From NCBI GenBank assembly GCA_021155885.1, contig JAJNBB010000010.1:1-61897 (forward strand): a stretch of DNA of 61,897 nucleotides, read 5' to 3'. The position numbers were made by a program, and so were the translations under genes. Shown here one piece after another: positions 53,922-61,897 of this stretch. The number at the start of each line of letters is the position of its first letter. The first letter of the stretch is position 1. The notes under the pieces are model-generated. The model did not search any database, was not told where the DNA came from, and saw nothing but the letters and a program-made list of their open reading frames with translations. The DNA is from Fibrobacteria bacterium. GTDB lineage: Bacteria > Fibrobacterota > Fibrobacteria > UBA11236.

Positions 53922-54377
53922 TTATCCTTTGGAGCCTGTTTCGGCGTAGTTCTTCAACCCCGCAAAGAATTTCTTAATCCCGCGATCGGTTTGGCCGCGA
54001 AGCATCAGCTTGTCCATGAGTTGTCCAAAGAAACCCCACTTCACCCGGTATTCCATCTCCTGCGAGACCTTGGTATGATTCCCAAGACGCTCGAAGCTGT
54101 AGCTGTGCCGCAAACCATCGATGGGAAAATTGCAGTCCGTGAGCTCGTAGGCTAAAGCTTCCTGAGGCTTGCAAACGGTCATCTTTTCCTTGAACCAGTG
54201 TTTGCCGTCCTTCATGTCCACTTTTCGACTTGCGCCGACGCCGTCCCGATTCGAGGAGGTTACCGTGGATCTCAGGACCGTGGGGTCATACCGATCCAAC
54301 TCGCCCGGGTTCGCGAGGATTTTCCAAATCTTCTCAAGAGGGGCATCGATCATTATTTCGTTGTGCAGTTTGGTCAT
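53922..54377 (-). CDS. SRPBCC (polyketide cyclase/START-like) family protein
   Basis: MTKLHNEIMIDAPLEKIWKILANPGELDRYDP pattern, 151 aa. Confidence 0.75.
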   Translation of the reverse strand: MTKLHNEIMIDAPLEKIWKILANPGELDRYDPTVLRSTVTSSNRDGVGASRKVDMKDGKHWFKEKMTVCKPQEALAYELTDCNFPIDGLRHSYSFERLGNHTKVSQEMEYRVKWGFFGQLMDKLMLRGQTDRGIKKFFAGLKNYAETGSKG

Positions 54378-54515
54378 GGTGGATAGAGGGGGTTGGCGCG
54401 CTTTCGGTGATCCCGCTGTTCGAGTTTATGAGCCCTATCGACCCCTGCCGTGATCCGGATCGACTTCGGCCCGAGCGTACGGTTCGGGGTTGAACCGTAC
54501 GCGGGAAAATTGAGG

Positions 54516-54887
54516 CTAGGCCATGGAATGGAAGGCCACCCGGTTCCCCTCCGGGTCGATGAACTGGGCCATGAACCCGTTCTTGCCGATGGAGGTCTTG
54601 GGCATCACGATTTTTCCACCTGCCGCCTCCACCCGCGAGAGGGGAACGCTCAAGTCCTCGCCCCCGTTTAGATAAACCAACGGTCCCTTGTCCGAGGGCT
54701 CATATCCGGGCCCGCTTACCACGGCGCCGCCCACTGAATCCGGTTGGTATCCCGGGAGGACGCCCATTTTGTGCCCATTGGGCATGTCGACTCCCTGCAT
54801 CTCCCCTCCCAAAACTTTTCCATAAAATTCGCACGCGCGCTCGAAGTTTTTTGCGGGGATGTCGAACCAGTTGATCACATTGGCCAT
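54516..54887 (-). CDS. VOC/glyoxalase family protein
   Basis: INWFDIPAKNFERACEFYGKVLG...FIDPEGNRVAFHS pattern. Confidence 0.8.
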   Translation of the reverse strand: MANVINWFDIPAKNFERACEFYGKVLGGEMQGVDMPNGHKMGVLPGYQPDSVGGAVVSGPGYEPSDKGPLVYLNGGEDLSVPLSRVEAAGGKIVMPKTSIGKNGFMAQFIDPEGNRVAFHSMA

Positions 54888-55063
54888 GATTTTTCTCCGT
54901 GAAAGGGTGATTAAAGCAGCGCATCCAATTTATCACGTCGAGCCCATTAATCCAGCTGAATAAATGCATTTTCCGTAGGTTTATAAGTCGGCCATAAATG
55001 CGATAAAACGTGTTTTTTTGTTAGTTTATCCTAATTTTTCACCATAAATCGTAGGTTTTATAG

Positions 55064-56491
55064 ATGAAAAAAGAGGCTCTCTTTGACTTGATCGGATCCC
55101 TAAGCGCCGGAGAGAAAAAATATTTCCGGCTGAGTTCGACTCACCCGGGAAAAAGCACGCGGTATCTCGAACTTTTTGACGCGATTGAATCCGGGCGGGC
55201 CAGGAACGACAAGGAATTGCGTTCCCAATTTTCCGCCGGATCCGAGGAAAGCCAATTCCATGTTTTAAAAAATTACCTGGCGGAATCCCTCTTGAAACGC
55301 CTGAGGGAACTCAACGCCGAAGGGTCGCCGACGGCCCGCATCTTGTCTCTTCTGGGGGAAGTCGAAATTCTTTTCGACAAAGAATTGTTCGACCTCTGCC
55401 TTGAACGCCTGCGCAAGGCCGAGACATTGGCTGTGCGCCATGAATGTCTCGCCCTGCTTTGTGAAATTGCTTCCTGGAAGCGGGCGCTGGCGCTGTCCCA
55501 TCCGGAACAGGGGTTAATGGAGGCCGTAGATCTGGAGACCAAGACCCTGTCGGACCTCAAGGCCGTGAATCGCTACTGGGGATTGTCGGCGATAATGGCC
55601 GCCGATCCCGTGGGGGCGACGGACCTCGTCGGCCTTGCCCTCCGACGGCGGCCGGACCGGCTCGAGCCGGACAAGGCCACGGTCCTGAGGCATCACCTGA
55701 CTTACGCGCATCACCTGATGCGCGGCCAGGTTACCCAGGCGGAGACGGGATTGGAAAGCCTCATCGCGTTCATGGAATCCCGGCCCGACCGGATCGCGGA
55801 AGACCCGGGGTCTTACGCCACGGCCCTCAGCAACCTGATCGCGCTGCGCCTTCAAGAGCGGCGGTGGGAAGGAATCGCGGACCTTTTCGCCAAAATCCCC
55901 CGGCTGGCGGACGGAACGGCGGCCCGTAAATTCAGCAGACGCACAAGACTTCGCCTCTATAATCTGGAACTGGAATATTATCGGGACCGCGGGCTTCCCG
56001 CGGAGGCCCGGGCATTGATGGGCGAGATCGTAGACTACCTGGAAACACCCGGGGCTCGCTTCCCGAACGACTACCGTATTTTGTTCCATTATCAGTTTGC
56101 CTGCCTCCATTATATGGACGGTGACCGGAAGGAAGCCTTGCGCTGGATAAACGCAATCCTGTCGGAAGAATACGGGGGCAACCGCACGGAACTGCAAGCC
56201 CATGCCCGCCTCCTCTCATTGGCCCTGCATTACGAGTTGGGAAACTTGACGGTGCTTCGTTATGCGGTGGACGGCTATCGCCGCTACCTGAAAAAGAACG
56301 GCATGCTGGACGCGCCCGCAATCCGGATACTTCGATTGTTCGCCAATATCGGCGCCGCCGTTCCCAAAAAACATGGGGAGATTTTTTCCAAGGCGCGAGA
56401 GCATCTCTCCAGGGATCCGGAGGCCCGGACCTTCAAGAAATGGGCGGATTATTTTGATTGGCCTGCCTGGCTCACCAAACAGGCCCCGTGA
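55064..56491 (+). CDS. Hypothetical alpha-helical repeat protein
   Basis: 475-aa ORF with helical-repeat-like composition and no Shine-Dalgarno sequence. No family recognised. Confidence 0.5.
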   Translation: MKKEALFDLIGSLSAGEKKYFRLSSTHPGKSTRYLELFDAIESGRARNDKELRSQFSAGSEESQFHVLKNYLAESLLKRLRELNAEGSPTARILSLLGEVEILFDKELFDLCLERLRKAETLAVRHECLALLCEIASWKRALALSHPEQGLMEAVDLETKTLSDLKAVNRYWGLSAIMAADPVGATDLVGLALRRRPDRLEPDKATVLRHHLTYAHHLMRGQVTQAETGLESLIAFMESRPDRIAEDPGSYATALSNLIALRLQERRWEGIADLFAKIPRLADGTAARKFSRRTRLRLYNLELEYYRDRGLPAEARALMGEIVDYLETPGARFPNDYRILFHYQFACLHYMDGDRKEALRWINAILSEEYGGNRTELQAHARLLSLALHYELGNLTVLRYAVDGYRRYLKKNGMLDAPAIRILRLFANIGAAVPKKHGEIFSKAREHLSRDPEARTFKKWADYFDWPAWLTKQAP

Positions 56492-56648
56492 GGGTGCCGG
56501 AATTATGCGTTTCGATCCAGCTAACGTGGCCACGCGTGAAATTTCCTCCTTCGCGGAGTGCGGGCACGAATCCATATCGCCCCCCTGTCCGGTTGGGACG
56601 GGCGTAGAACCCGATACCTGAGCCTGCTTGCGCCCTAGGGGAATCAAG

Positions 56649-58928
56649 CTATATCTCGCAGGCTCCACCGGCGCAAGCGAGCTCCCTCTTCTGTTCGGTT
56701 TCGTCGGTGCGCTCGTAGGCAACCAGTTTTGAATAGTCAATCTCGGGGAAGGCGGCCGCTAACTCCTCGTAGCGCTTTTTGTCGATGGACTCGTATGGAG
56801 CGAGCCGGTACACATGGTCGAACCGCGGCAGGAAGGAGAGCCCACCGATAATGTCCCAGTTTTTTTGCAACCAGTCGACGACTCCTATCCACTCGTCCTC
56901 GCCGACCGAGATGGTCGCCGACGGGTTGTGCTCGGTGTAGTTGAGCTTGACCACCTTCCAGTACTCGAGCTGCTGCAGCGCCGTTATATCGTCCTTAAAG
57001 GCAGTGCTCTTTGGAGAAGCAACGGGGAAATCCAGGACGAACGTGGTCGCGTTCTCATCACTCTGTCCCACCTCGGGATGGTAAGGAATACCCTGGTCTT
57101 TAAGCATTTTAAACAGCGAGTCGGTGGCCGAGATGCGCACGCGGCGTATGTAGTAGGCGCTGTGGCGCGGATGTATGCCAGAGGAGCAGTTGAACGTCTG
57201 TGAAACTGTACCCGATGGCTTGATCGCAGTAACCGACATCGACGGCTTGATGCCGAAGCGCTTGGCATACAGCGCGTTGGTCTTGACCGCGGCGTCCCGA
57301 ACGGCCCGCAGCACCTCAGGCTGGCGCGCGGCTTCGCAGTCCCACTGTCCCGTAATCGAGACGCCAAGAAGTGACTCGTCGCGGCAGTGTTTTGCCCAAT
57401 CCTTTGATATGTAGTTGAACTTGGTCAACGATGCCTGGTACGTTCCCAGGAGCGCCGCGAGCCGCGCCTTACGCACCAAACTTTCCTTTGTGTCATTCTC
57501 ACGCGCAATAACCTCAGAGAGATTGCAAAACTGCTTGGACTGCAGGATTATCTCGCCGCATGGGTTGGTGCCGATGGGGCCGCGCACGATACCGTCCTCG
57601 CCTATGAAGCCCGATTTTTTAAAGTACGTCTCCCTACGCTTGGGCAGGGTGTGGTTGAGAGCGCTGCGGTTAAAGATGCCGCGCTCGCCCGAGCCGCTCT
57701 TCATAAGCGCGACCCACTCCTCCATAAGCTCCGTGTTGGAGGGTCGCACCTCATACACCGCCGAGTTGTTGGCGATCGAGCGATGTGGCTCGGTAAGGTA
57801 AAACTGCCCCTTTTTAGCGTCGCGCAGTTCCGTGTCGTCCAGGTCCGAGAGGCTGATCATCGCAGTGCGGCGCACACCGCCGGCCACAACGCACTCCCCT
57901 ATCTTGCAGATAATGTCGTGCGCGTCGATGCTGCGCAGCCGCCGGCCTTGGCGGCGCATTATTTTTTCGCGCGCAAAGGCCAGGAGTGCGCGCAGAGGCT
58001 CCGGGCCCGATGCCTTGCCGCCCATCACTTTAAGCCGGGCACCTGCGGCGCGTATAAGCGAGTAGTCGAATTCCACGTCATGACCGGCGTACCAGGTAGC
58101 AAGCCCCAGAGTAAGCGCGTCGCACCAGCCCTCTTTTGAGTCGGCCACGGTATGCGTTGGCAGCTTTTTGCCGGACTGCTTCCGAATCTGTGGCAACTGC
58201 TCAATGTTTTGGGATTCGACCGAGAACCCAACCCCACATCCCTGCATGGAGAGGTACATGACTTCGGAAAAGTCCTCAATTCTTGAAGGCGCGGTAAAGG
58301 TGCAGTTGTAGGCGCAGGTGTTGCATCGGCGCGCCGGTTCGCCCGCAAACTGCATGAGCCGCATGGACGGCATCACCTCTTGCCGAAGTATTGCCTCGCG
58401 TACTTCGGCATACTCTTTATCCGAAAGCTTTTCGCCAAGGTTTTCGCGCATAAAATCGACGTAACGGTCGACTGTTTCCACCCATGTCTCGCGGCGGCCT
58501 TGGGCCTCTATCCATCGCGCATAAGTACGCAGGTAGACAAACTGCCCGAGCAAGTTTCCCTCAAAATACTGCCGGCTCTCCGCGGCAAGCACGCGTAAGC
58601 GCTCGGGCACAACGCCGAGTCGCGCGCGCATAGTGGTTCGTTCGGCGCGATAGAGGATATAGGCCTTGGCGGAGGCGGGAAACCCCAAGAGCATGAGCTC
58701 TTTTTCGACCTCGTCTTGCACGCCCTCGACAGAGGGCACGAATGCACGGTTGCCTGCCTGCTTGGCGCGTAGAGTCTTCTCGACCGCTCCGGCAACGAGC
58801 TCGGGTCCCTTGGGGCGGTACTCGCCGGTAGCATGCATCGCCTTCTCTACTGCGCGGGCAATTTTTTCCTTATCAAAGGGAACGCGGGAACCGTCGCGTT
58901 TTATGATGCTCTTCGACTGGGGTTTCAT
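56649..58928 (-). CDS. nrdJ: Class II (adenosylcobalamin-dependent) ribonucleotide reductase with N-terminal ATP-cone
   Basis: ATP-cone (IIKRDGSRVPFDKEKIARAV), GCGVGFS, GGKASGPEPL, active-site TNPCGEI and C-terminal redox pair CAGGACEI. No nrdB nearby. Confidence 0.85.
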   Translation of the reverse strand: MKPQSKSIIKRDGSRVPFDKEKIARAVEKAMHATGEYRPKGPELVAGAVEKTLRAKQAGNRAFVPSVEGVQDEVEKELMLLGFPASAKAYILYRAERTTMRARLGVVPERLRVLAAESRQYFEGNLLGQFVYLRTYARWIEAQGRRETWVETVDRYVDFMRENLGEKLSDKEYAEVREAILRQEVMPSMRLMQFAGEPARRCNTCAYNCTFTAPSRIEDFSEVMYLSMQGCGVGFSVESQNIEQLPQIRKQSGKKLPTHTVADSKEGWCDALTLGLATWYAGHDVEFDYSLIRAAGARLKVMGGKASGPEPLRALLAFAREKIMRRQGRRLRSIDAHDIICKIGECVVAGGVRRTAMISLSDLDDTELRDAKKGQFYLTEPHRSIANNSAVYEVRPSNTELMEEWVALMKSGSGERGIFNRSALNHTLPKRRETYFKKSGFIGEDGIVRGPIGTNPCGEIILQSKQFCNLSEVIARENDTKESLVRKARLAALLGTYQASLTKFNYISKDWAKHCRDESLLGVSITGQWDCEAARQPEVLRAVRDAAVKTNALYAKRFGIKPSMSVTAIKPSGTVSQTFNCSSGIHPRHSAYYIRRVRISATDSLFKMLKDQGIPYHPEVGQSDENATTFVLDFPVASPKSTAFKDDITALQQLEYWKVVKLNYTEHNPSATISVGEDEWIGVVDWLQKNWDIIGGLSFLPRFDHVYRLAPYESIDKKRYEELAAAFPEIDYSKLVAYERTDETEQKRELACAGGACEI

Positions 58929-59156
58929 TCGTGCTCCCGGGTTATCTCAATAGATATAATTATCCATTATAAAATCACCTGTCAAGCGTTTTTATTGGGC
59001 GACACAAGCATTAGAATGTAAAGATTACCTGGATATACCTGATAATTGTAAAGGGCGGGCTAAACCTAACCCTTTGTTGCATACAGGTTTAGGGCCTGTT
59101 TTTTGCACCTCTCGGTTTTCATCGACCCGTTCAATTGGACTAAAACGACATCGACT

Positions 59157-59648
59157 TCAAATCGTTTTACGATCAAAACTCCGGTACTGGATCGCCTCCG
59201 CCACGTGCCGCTCCTTCAGGGAATCCACCCCCTCGAGGTCGGCCAACGTCCGCGCCACCTTGAGGATACGGTCATAGGCGCGCGCGGAGAGCCCCAGCGA
59301 TTCCACCGCGGTGCGCAGCAAGTCGGCGCAGGAGGCCGATAAGGCGCAGTACCGCCGGATTTCCCGCGTGGCCATTTGCGCGTTGCAGTAAATGCCGACA
59401 TCCGCGCGGAACCGTTCCTGCTGGATGGCGCGCGCCGCGCAGACGCGGTTCCGGATCGACTCCGAAGATTCCTCCAGCCTGTCGGCGAGGATTTCCTCCA
59501 CGCCGAGGGAGGGCACCTCGAGATGCAGGTCGATCCGGTCCAGCAGCGGCCCCGAAATCCGCGCACGGTAGCGGCGCAGCATGTCGGGGCTGCACGTGCA
59601 ACGACCCTTCAAGTCAAAGAGCATTCCACAAAAACATGATTGCGTTGC
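59157..59648 (-). pseudogene. comM: 3' fragment of comM/yifB (Mg-chelatase-like AAA+ protein), last ~160 codons only
   Basis: SCFCG-x8-CTCSP...RISGPLLDRIDLHLEV...LSARAYDRILKVARTLADLEG...HVAEAIQYR. An in-frame TAA at 59649-59651 marks the point where similarity ends. Confidence 0.75.
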
Positions 59649-59658
59649 TTATTTGTTT

Positions 59659-60135
59659 TTGGTCCCAGTTACGTACCCGCTGCCCCGGACGACCCTCCGG
59701 CAACGCCTTTATTCCATCCGGCGGGCGCTCGGCCTGGACTGCAAAAAGATGGGCCGTCTTTATGGGATGAACCAGAAAACATGGTGGTGGGAGACGGGGA
59801 AGCATTCACCCCTAAGCACTCGGATCCAACACTTGAAGCGCTTCCTTGAGGTGTCTTATACCGAGGCTATGAAGATTTGGCCGGGGAGCCCACCTGAAGA
59901 TTCAAGGGCAGTTCCGGCCACATTCAGGTTCAAGCAAGGGAAGCCAGTCGAGGTGAAATGGAGTGGACCTTCCACTAATCCCGGGGGAAGTTCACAAGGG
60001 TATATCCAATGTTCGGCCCTCGACATGACCACAATCCTCGGATTTGAGCGTGACCCATTCTGTCGCAAACACCACGGAATCGTTGTCATAAACCAAAACA
60101 CGTTGCCCGCCCTTCTTTTCGGAAAAGCATCTTGA
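59659..60135 (+). CDS. Possible XRE/Cro-like HTH protein (boundaries uncertain)
   Basis: LYSIRRALGLDCKKMGRLYGMNQKTWWWETGKHSPLSTRIQHLKRFLEV resembles an XRE HTH. The track ORF starts at 59581, inside the comM fragment. TTG 59659 is a possible start. The 3' part overlaps the lipoprotein gene on the other strand. Confidence 0.3.
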   Translation: MVPVTYPLPRTTLRQRLYSIRRALGLDCKKMGRLYGMNQKTWWWETGKHSPLSTRIQHLKRFLEVSYTEAMKIWPGSPPEDSRAVPATFRFKQGKPVEVKWSGPSTNPGGSSQGYIQCSALDMTTILGFERDPFCRKHHGIVVINQNTLPALLFGKAS

Positions 60136-60390
60136 TGAGGGCCATTGTAGCGTATCCCTAAAGCCATTCTGCATTTCACGTATGTAGAGAAGACTGTCAG
60201 GAAGGTCCGTACTTCCGGAAACTGTGAGGCAGAAATTAAACCTCACATTTGCCGCGGATGAGCAACCGGTGTCCCATAATTCACAACTGGTCAGCAGCCA
60301 AGAAATACCTGTCGCGAACAGAATAATGGGCAATCTATGGAATGGCTGGTTACTCCACAATTGGTTTGTCATTTGGTCACCAAGATACAA
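59992..60390 (-). CDS. Small Cys-containing lipoprotein, paralog 2
   Basis: Lipobox LLTSC. Shares CLTVSGS..LPDSLLY.RE...DTL...CF.E..G.QR..VYD.DS...TEW.TLKSE.C..VE.RT.D with ORF 60546..60932. Confidence 0.6.
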   Translation of the reverse strand: MYLGDQMTNQLWSNQPFHRLPIILFATGISWLLTSCELWDTGCSSAANVRFNFCLTVSGSTDLPDSLLYIREMQNGFRDTLQWPSSRCFSEKKGGQRVLVYDNDSVVFATEWVTLKSEDCGHVEGRTLDIPL

Positions 60391-60545
60391 AACATTGCCT
60401 GTAATCTACCGGTACCGCATAACCATGAAGGTAGTAGCATTGTACGCCCAGCGTTTCGGCGACCCAACAAAGTGCGATAGGAACCTGGAGTCGAATTTCC
60501 AACACGAGACAGAAAGATCCCTTCCCATCTCAGGGCTTCTCCTCC

Positions 60546-60932
60546 TTATAGCGCCAGATCCACGGTCCGGTCTTCAACTTCGTCGCAGCCCTCAGATTTA
60601 AGCGTAATCCATTCCGTCGTCAACAGCAAAGAGTCACCGTCATAAACAAAGAACCGTTGTGTCCCTCGCCTTTCAGGAAAGCATTTCGCTTGAAAGGGCT
60701 CGCGCCTAAGGGTATCCAGCAGCCCGCCTTGCCTTTCGCGCACATATAGAAGGCTATCCGGAAGCTCCTCGCTTCCGGAAACCGTGAGGCAGGGGTTGAA
60801 TCGCTCCTGGGCCGTGGACCGACAGCCTGTTTGAAAAAAGTCGCAGGCATTCAGGCTGCAGCCGATGGCTGCCACCAATAGGAGAACGACCTTCCCGCGG
60901 GGTGGACTTCGTAAGGTTGGTACGTTAGGCAT
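60546..60932 (-). CDS. Small Cys-containing lipoprotein, paralog 1
   Basis: Signal peptide with AIGC/LNAC lipobox candidates. Starts 3 nt after the protease stop. Paralogous to ORF 59992..60390. Confidence 0.65.
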   Translation of the reverse strand: MPNVPTLRSPPRGKVVLLLVAAIGCSLNACDFFQTGCRSTAQERFNPCLTVSGSEELPDSLLYVRERQGGLLDTLRREPFQAKCFPERRGTQRFFVYDGDSLLLTTEWITLKSEGCDEVEDRTVDLAL

Positions 60933-60935
60933 AGA

Positions 60936-61897
60936 TCACCAGGTTGCAAAACATTGTCTGTAGTCGACGGGATCAGCGTAGCCTGTAAGATAGTAGCAAT
61001 CGGTATCCAGCACATCCTCGATCCAATCCACCTTGGAACTAAGGCGCGTCGACCATTCTTTGCCACCTTGTTTCGCGCAAAGTTGGCTACCGGTGTAAGC
61101 CTTTTCAAACCAGCTCGCATGGCCCAGCGTAAAATTTCCACCCTCGCGGAATTGCGGTCCGCCGGAGTCTCCCCTGCACACTCGATGATTGTAGGCTTCG
61201 GTGTAATAGGCGTACGCACCATACGATTCGATGTACATGTATTCAAACCGTAGTGTTCCCGCGCCGTATCCGGAATACCCGTCCACGCCACGCCCATAGA
61301 GGTAATTGTACCTTGCGTCACTAAAGGTATCATTATAAATGCGTACCAGGTCATAAATGGTAATGTCGTACCAGCTTGTGTTGCTGCGGATAATAGCGAT
61401 ATCGCTTTCCGCGTCCAAGCCGCCGGCATAGGTTGGCGCAATCCAAACCTCACCGGATGTCCCAAAGGCTATGTCCCTTGGAGCACTTGGAGAATTCGAA
61501 CTGTTTGGATCGAAATATTCAATGAAGATGTTGCTAACGTAAGCGTGGTCTTCTGAGGTGACAATACCGTATAGACAGTGAGCTGCCGTGACAATAGCAT
61601 TAAGGGTGATCATGTAGCCGGTACACCCAATTGATTCCCCGTTTATTCCCGTAATCTGAACCACCCCCTGCCTGTTTTCGGATCCGGCCGCATTTCGAAT
61701 GTTTGCCTTTTCCAGAGGCGCTGGTTTTACTTGAGATTGCTGCATTTCTGCGCTATCGCGAGAAATCGGATGGACTCGGACTGCGTGCGGCGTTTCTGGA
61801 ATTTCAAAAAGAGCCTCAAGTCCCGGATTATTCCGCATGTGCTCGATGAAAGCCCGCGCCTGTTCGCACGTTTTAACCTCGCTGAACCCCAATGCAA
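60936..61897 (-). CDS. Trypsin-like (S1 family) serine protease; 5' end outside window
   Basis: Catalytic motifs VTAAHC, DIAIIR and GDSGGP. The frame is open to the window edge. Confidence 0.8.
   Translation of the reverse strand, partial: ALGFSEVKTCEQARAFIEHMRNNPGLEALFEIPETPHAVRVHPISRDSAEMQQSQVKPAPLEKANIRNAAGSENRQGVVQITGINGESIGCTGYMITLNAIVTAAHCLYGIVTSEDHAYVSNIFIEYFDPNSSNSPSAPRDIAFGTSGEVWIAPTYAGGLDAESDIAIIRSNTSWYDITIYDLVRIYNDTFSDARYNYLYGRGVDGYSGYGAGTLRFEYMYIESYGAYAYYTEAYNHRVCRGDSGGPQFREGGNFTLGHASWFEKAYTGSQLCAKQGGKEWSTRLSSKVDWIEDVLDTDCYYLTGYADPVDYRQCFATW

Larger units (their letters stand above)
59649..61897. mobile_element. Edge of a lower-GC foreign block (possible genomic island inserted in comM); continues past the window
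   Basis: Composition drops from ~65% to ~50% GC at the comM truncation point. Gene content is unrelated to the flank. No integrase is visible within the window. Confidence 0.35.

Noticed and set aside
54974-55063. Repeated CGTAGGTTT(T)ATA and CCATAAAT words upstream of the hypothetical gene at 55064.
   Set aside because: The words are short, occur in AT-rich DNA and appear in a permuted order. I cannot distinguish a regulatory site from chance.
58929-59156. NrdR boxes, a cobalamin riboswitch or a clear promoter upstream of nrdJ.
   Set aside because: Only short AT-rich palindromes (TATCTCAATAGATA, ATAATTAT), a TTGACA with a weak -10, and a hairpin (CTAAACCT...AGGTTTAG) without a consistent T-run were found. 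I could verify no NrdR-box pair or B12-box by eye.
1-61897. CRISPR arrays, rRNA/tRNA genes, and IS elements or transposases.
   Set aside because: I saw no regularly spaced direct repeats, no rRNA- or tRNA-like sequences apart from the tRNA-like domain of tmRNA, and no transposase- or integrase-like ORFs on either strand.

Overview
High-GC (~65%) bacterial chromosomal window with about 64 protein genes, one tmRNA, and no rRNA, tRNA or CRISPR. Sec/lipoprotein-type clade II NosZ and Por/T9SS-like C-terminal tails suggest an FCB-group-like organism, but this is a low-confidence inference. Order, left to right: (1) treY 3' end. (2) An arsenic module: a Cys-rich micro-ORF plus arsR-aquaglyceroporin-arsC, both behind the same operator. 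(3) An NtrC-type regulator and PAS kinase. (4) A bufferin/HvfA-like MNIO RiPP-metallophore operon directly downstream of ssrA: ECF sigma, HxxxCxxC anti-sigma, DoxX, 9-Cys signal-peptide precursor, DUF692, DUF2063. (5) OMPs, hemerythrin, DUF4256, and a HisKA_3 kinase with a LuxR regulator. (6) A DUF3494 protein and OmpA. (7) A hybrid kinase. (8) A six-gene translationally coupled operon, PqqD - HprK-like kinase - GT2 - sulfotransferase - GT2 - nucleotidyltransferase, with no lasso cyclase, protease or visible precursor. (9) A P-type ATPase and a beta-CASP hydrolase. (10) A clade II nos cluster: cytochrome c, nosZ, nosB-nosL fusion, nosD, nosF, nosY. (11) NO-stress genes Rrf2, NnrS and RIC, which share a recurring TTCAATGGAT motif. 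(12) A KaiC-kinase module. (13) HxlR with an MMPL/LolA-like/OMP operon. (14) A class II RNR. (15) A lower-GC block abutting a truncated comM, carrying an S1 protease and two paralogous lipoproteins. Three gene relics (NorD-like, CusA-like, ComM) and two apparent frameshifts (DUF2063 gene, an OMP gene) point to either genome decay or assembly errors. The top candidates for an under-described system are the MNIO RiPP locus and the PqqD/HprK-like operon. All family calls rest on motif recognition by eye. No database search was run.
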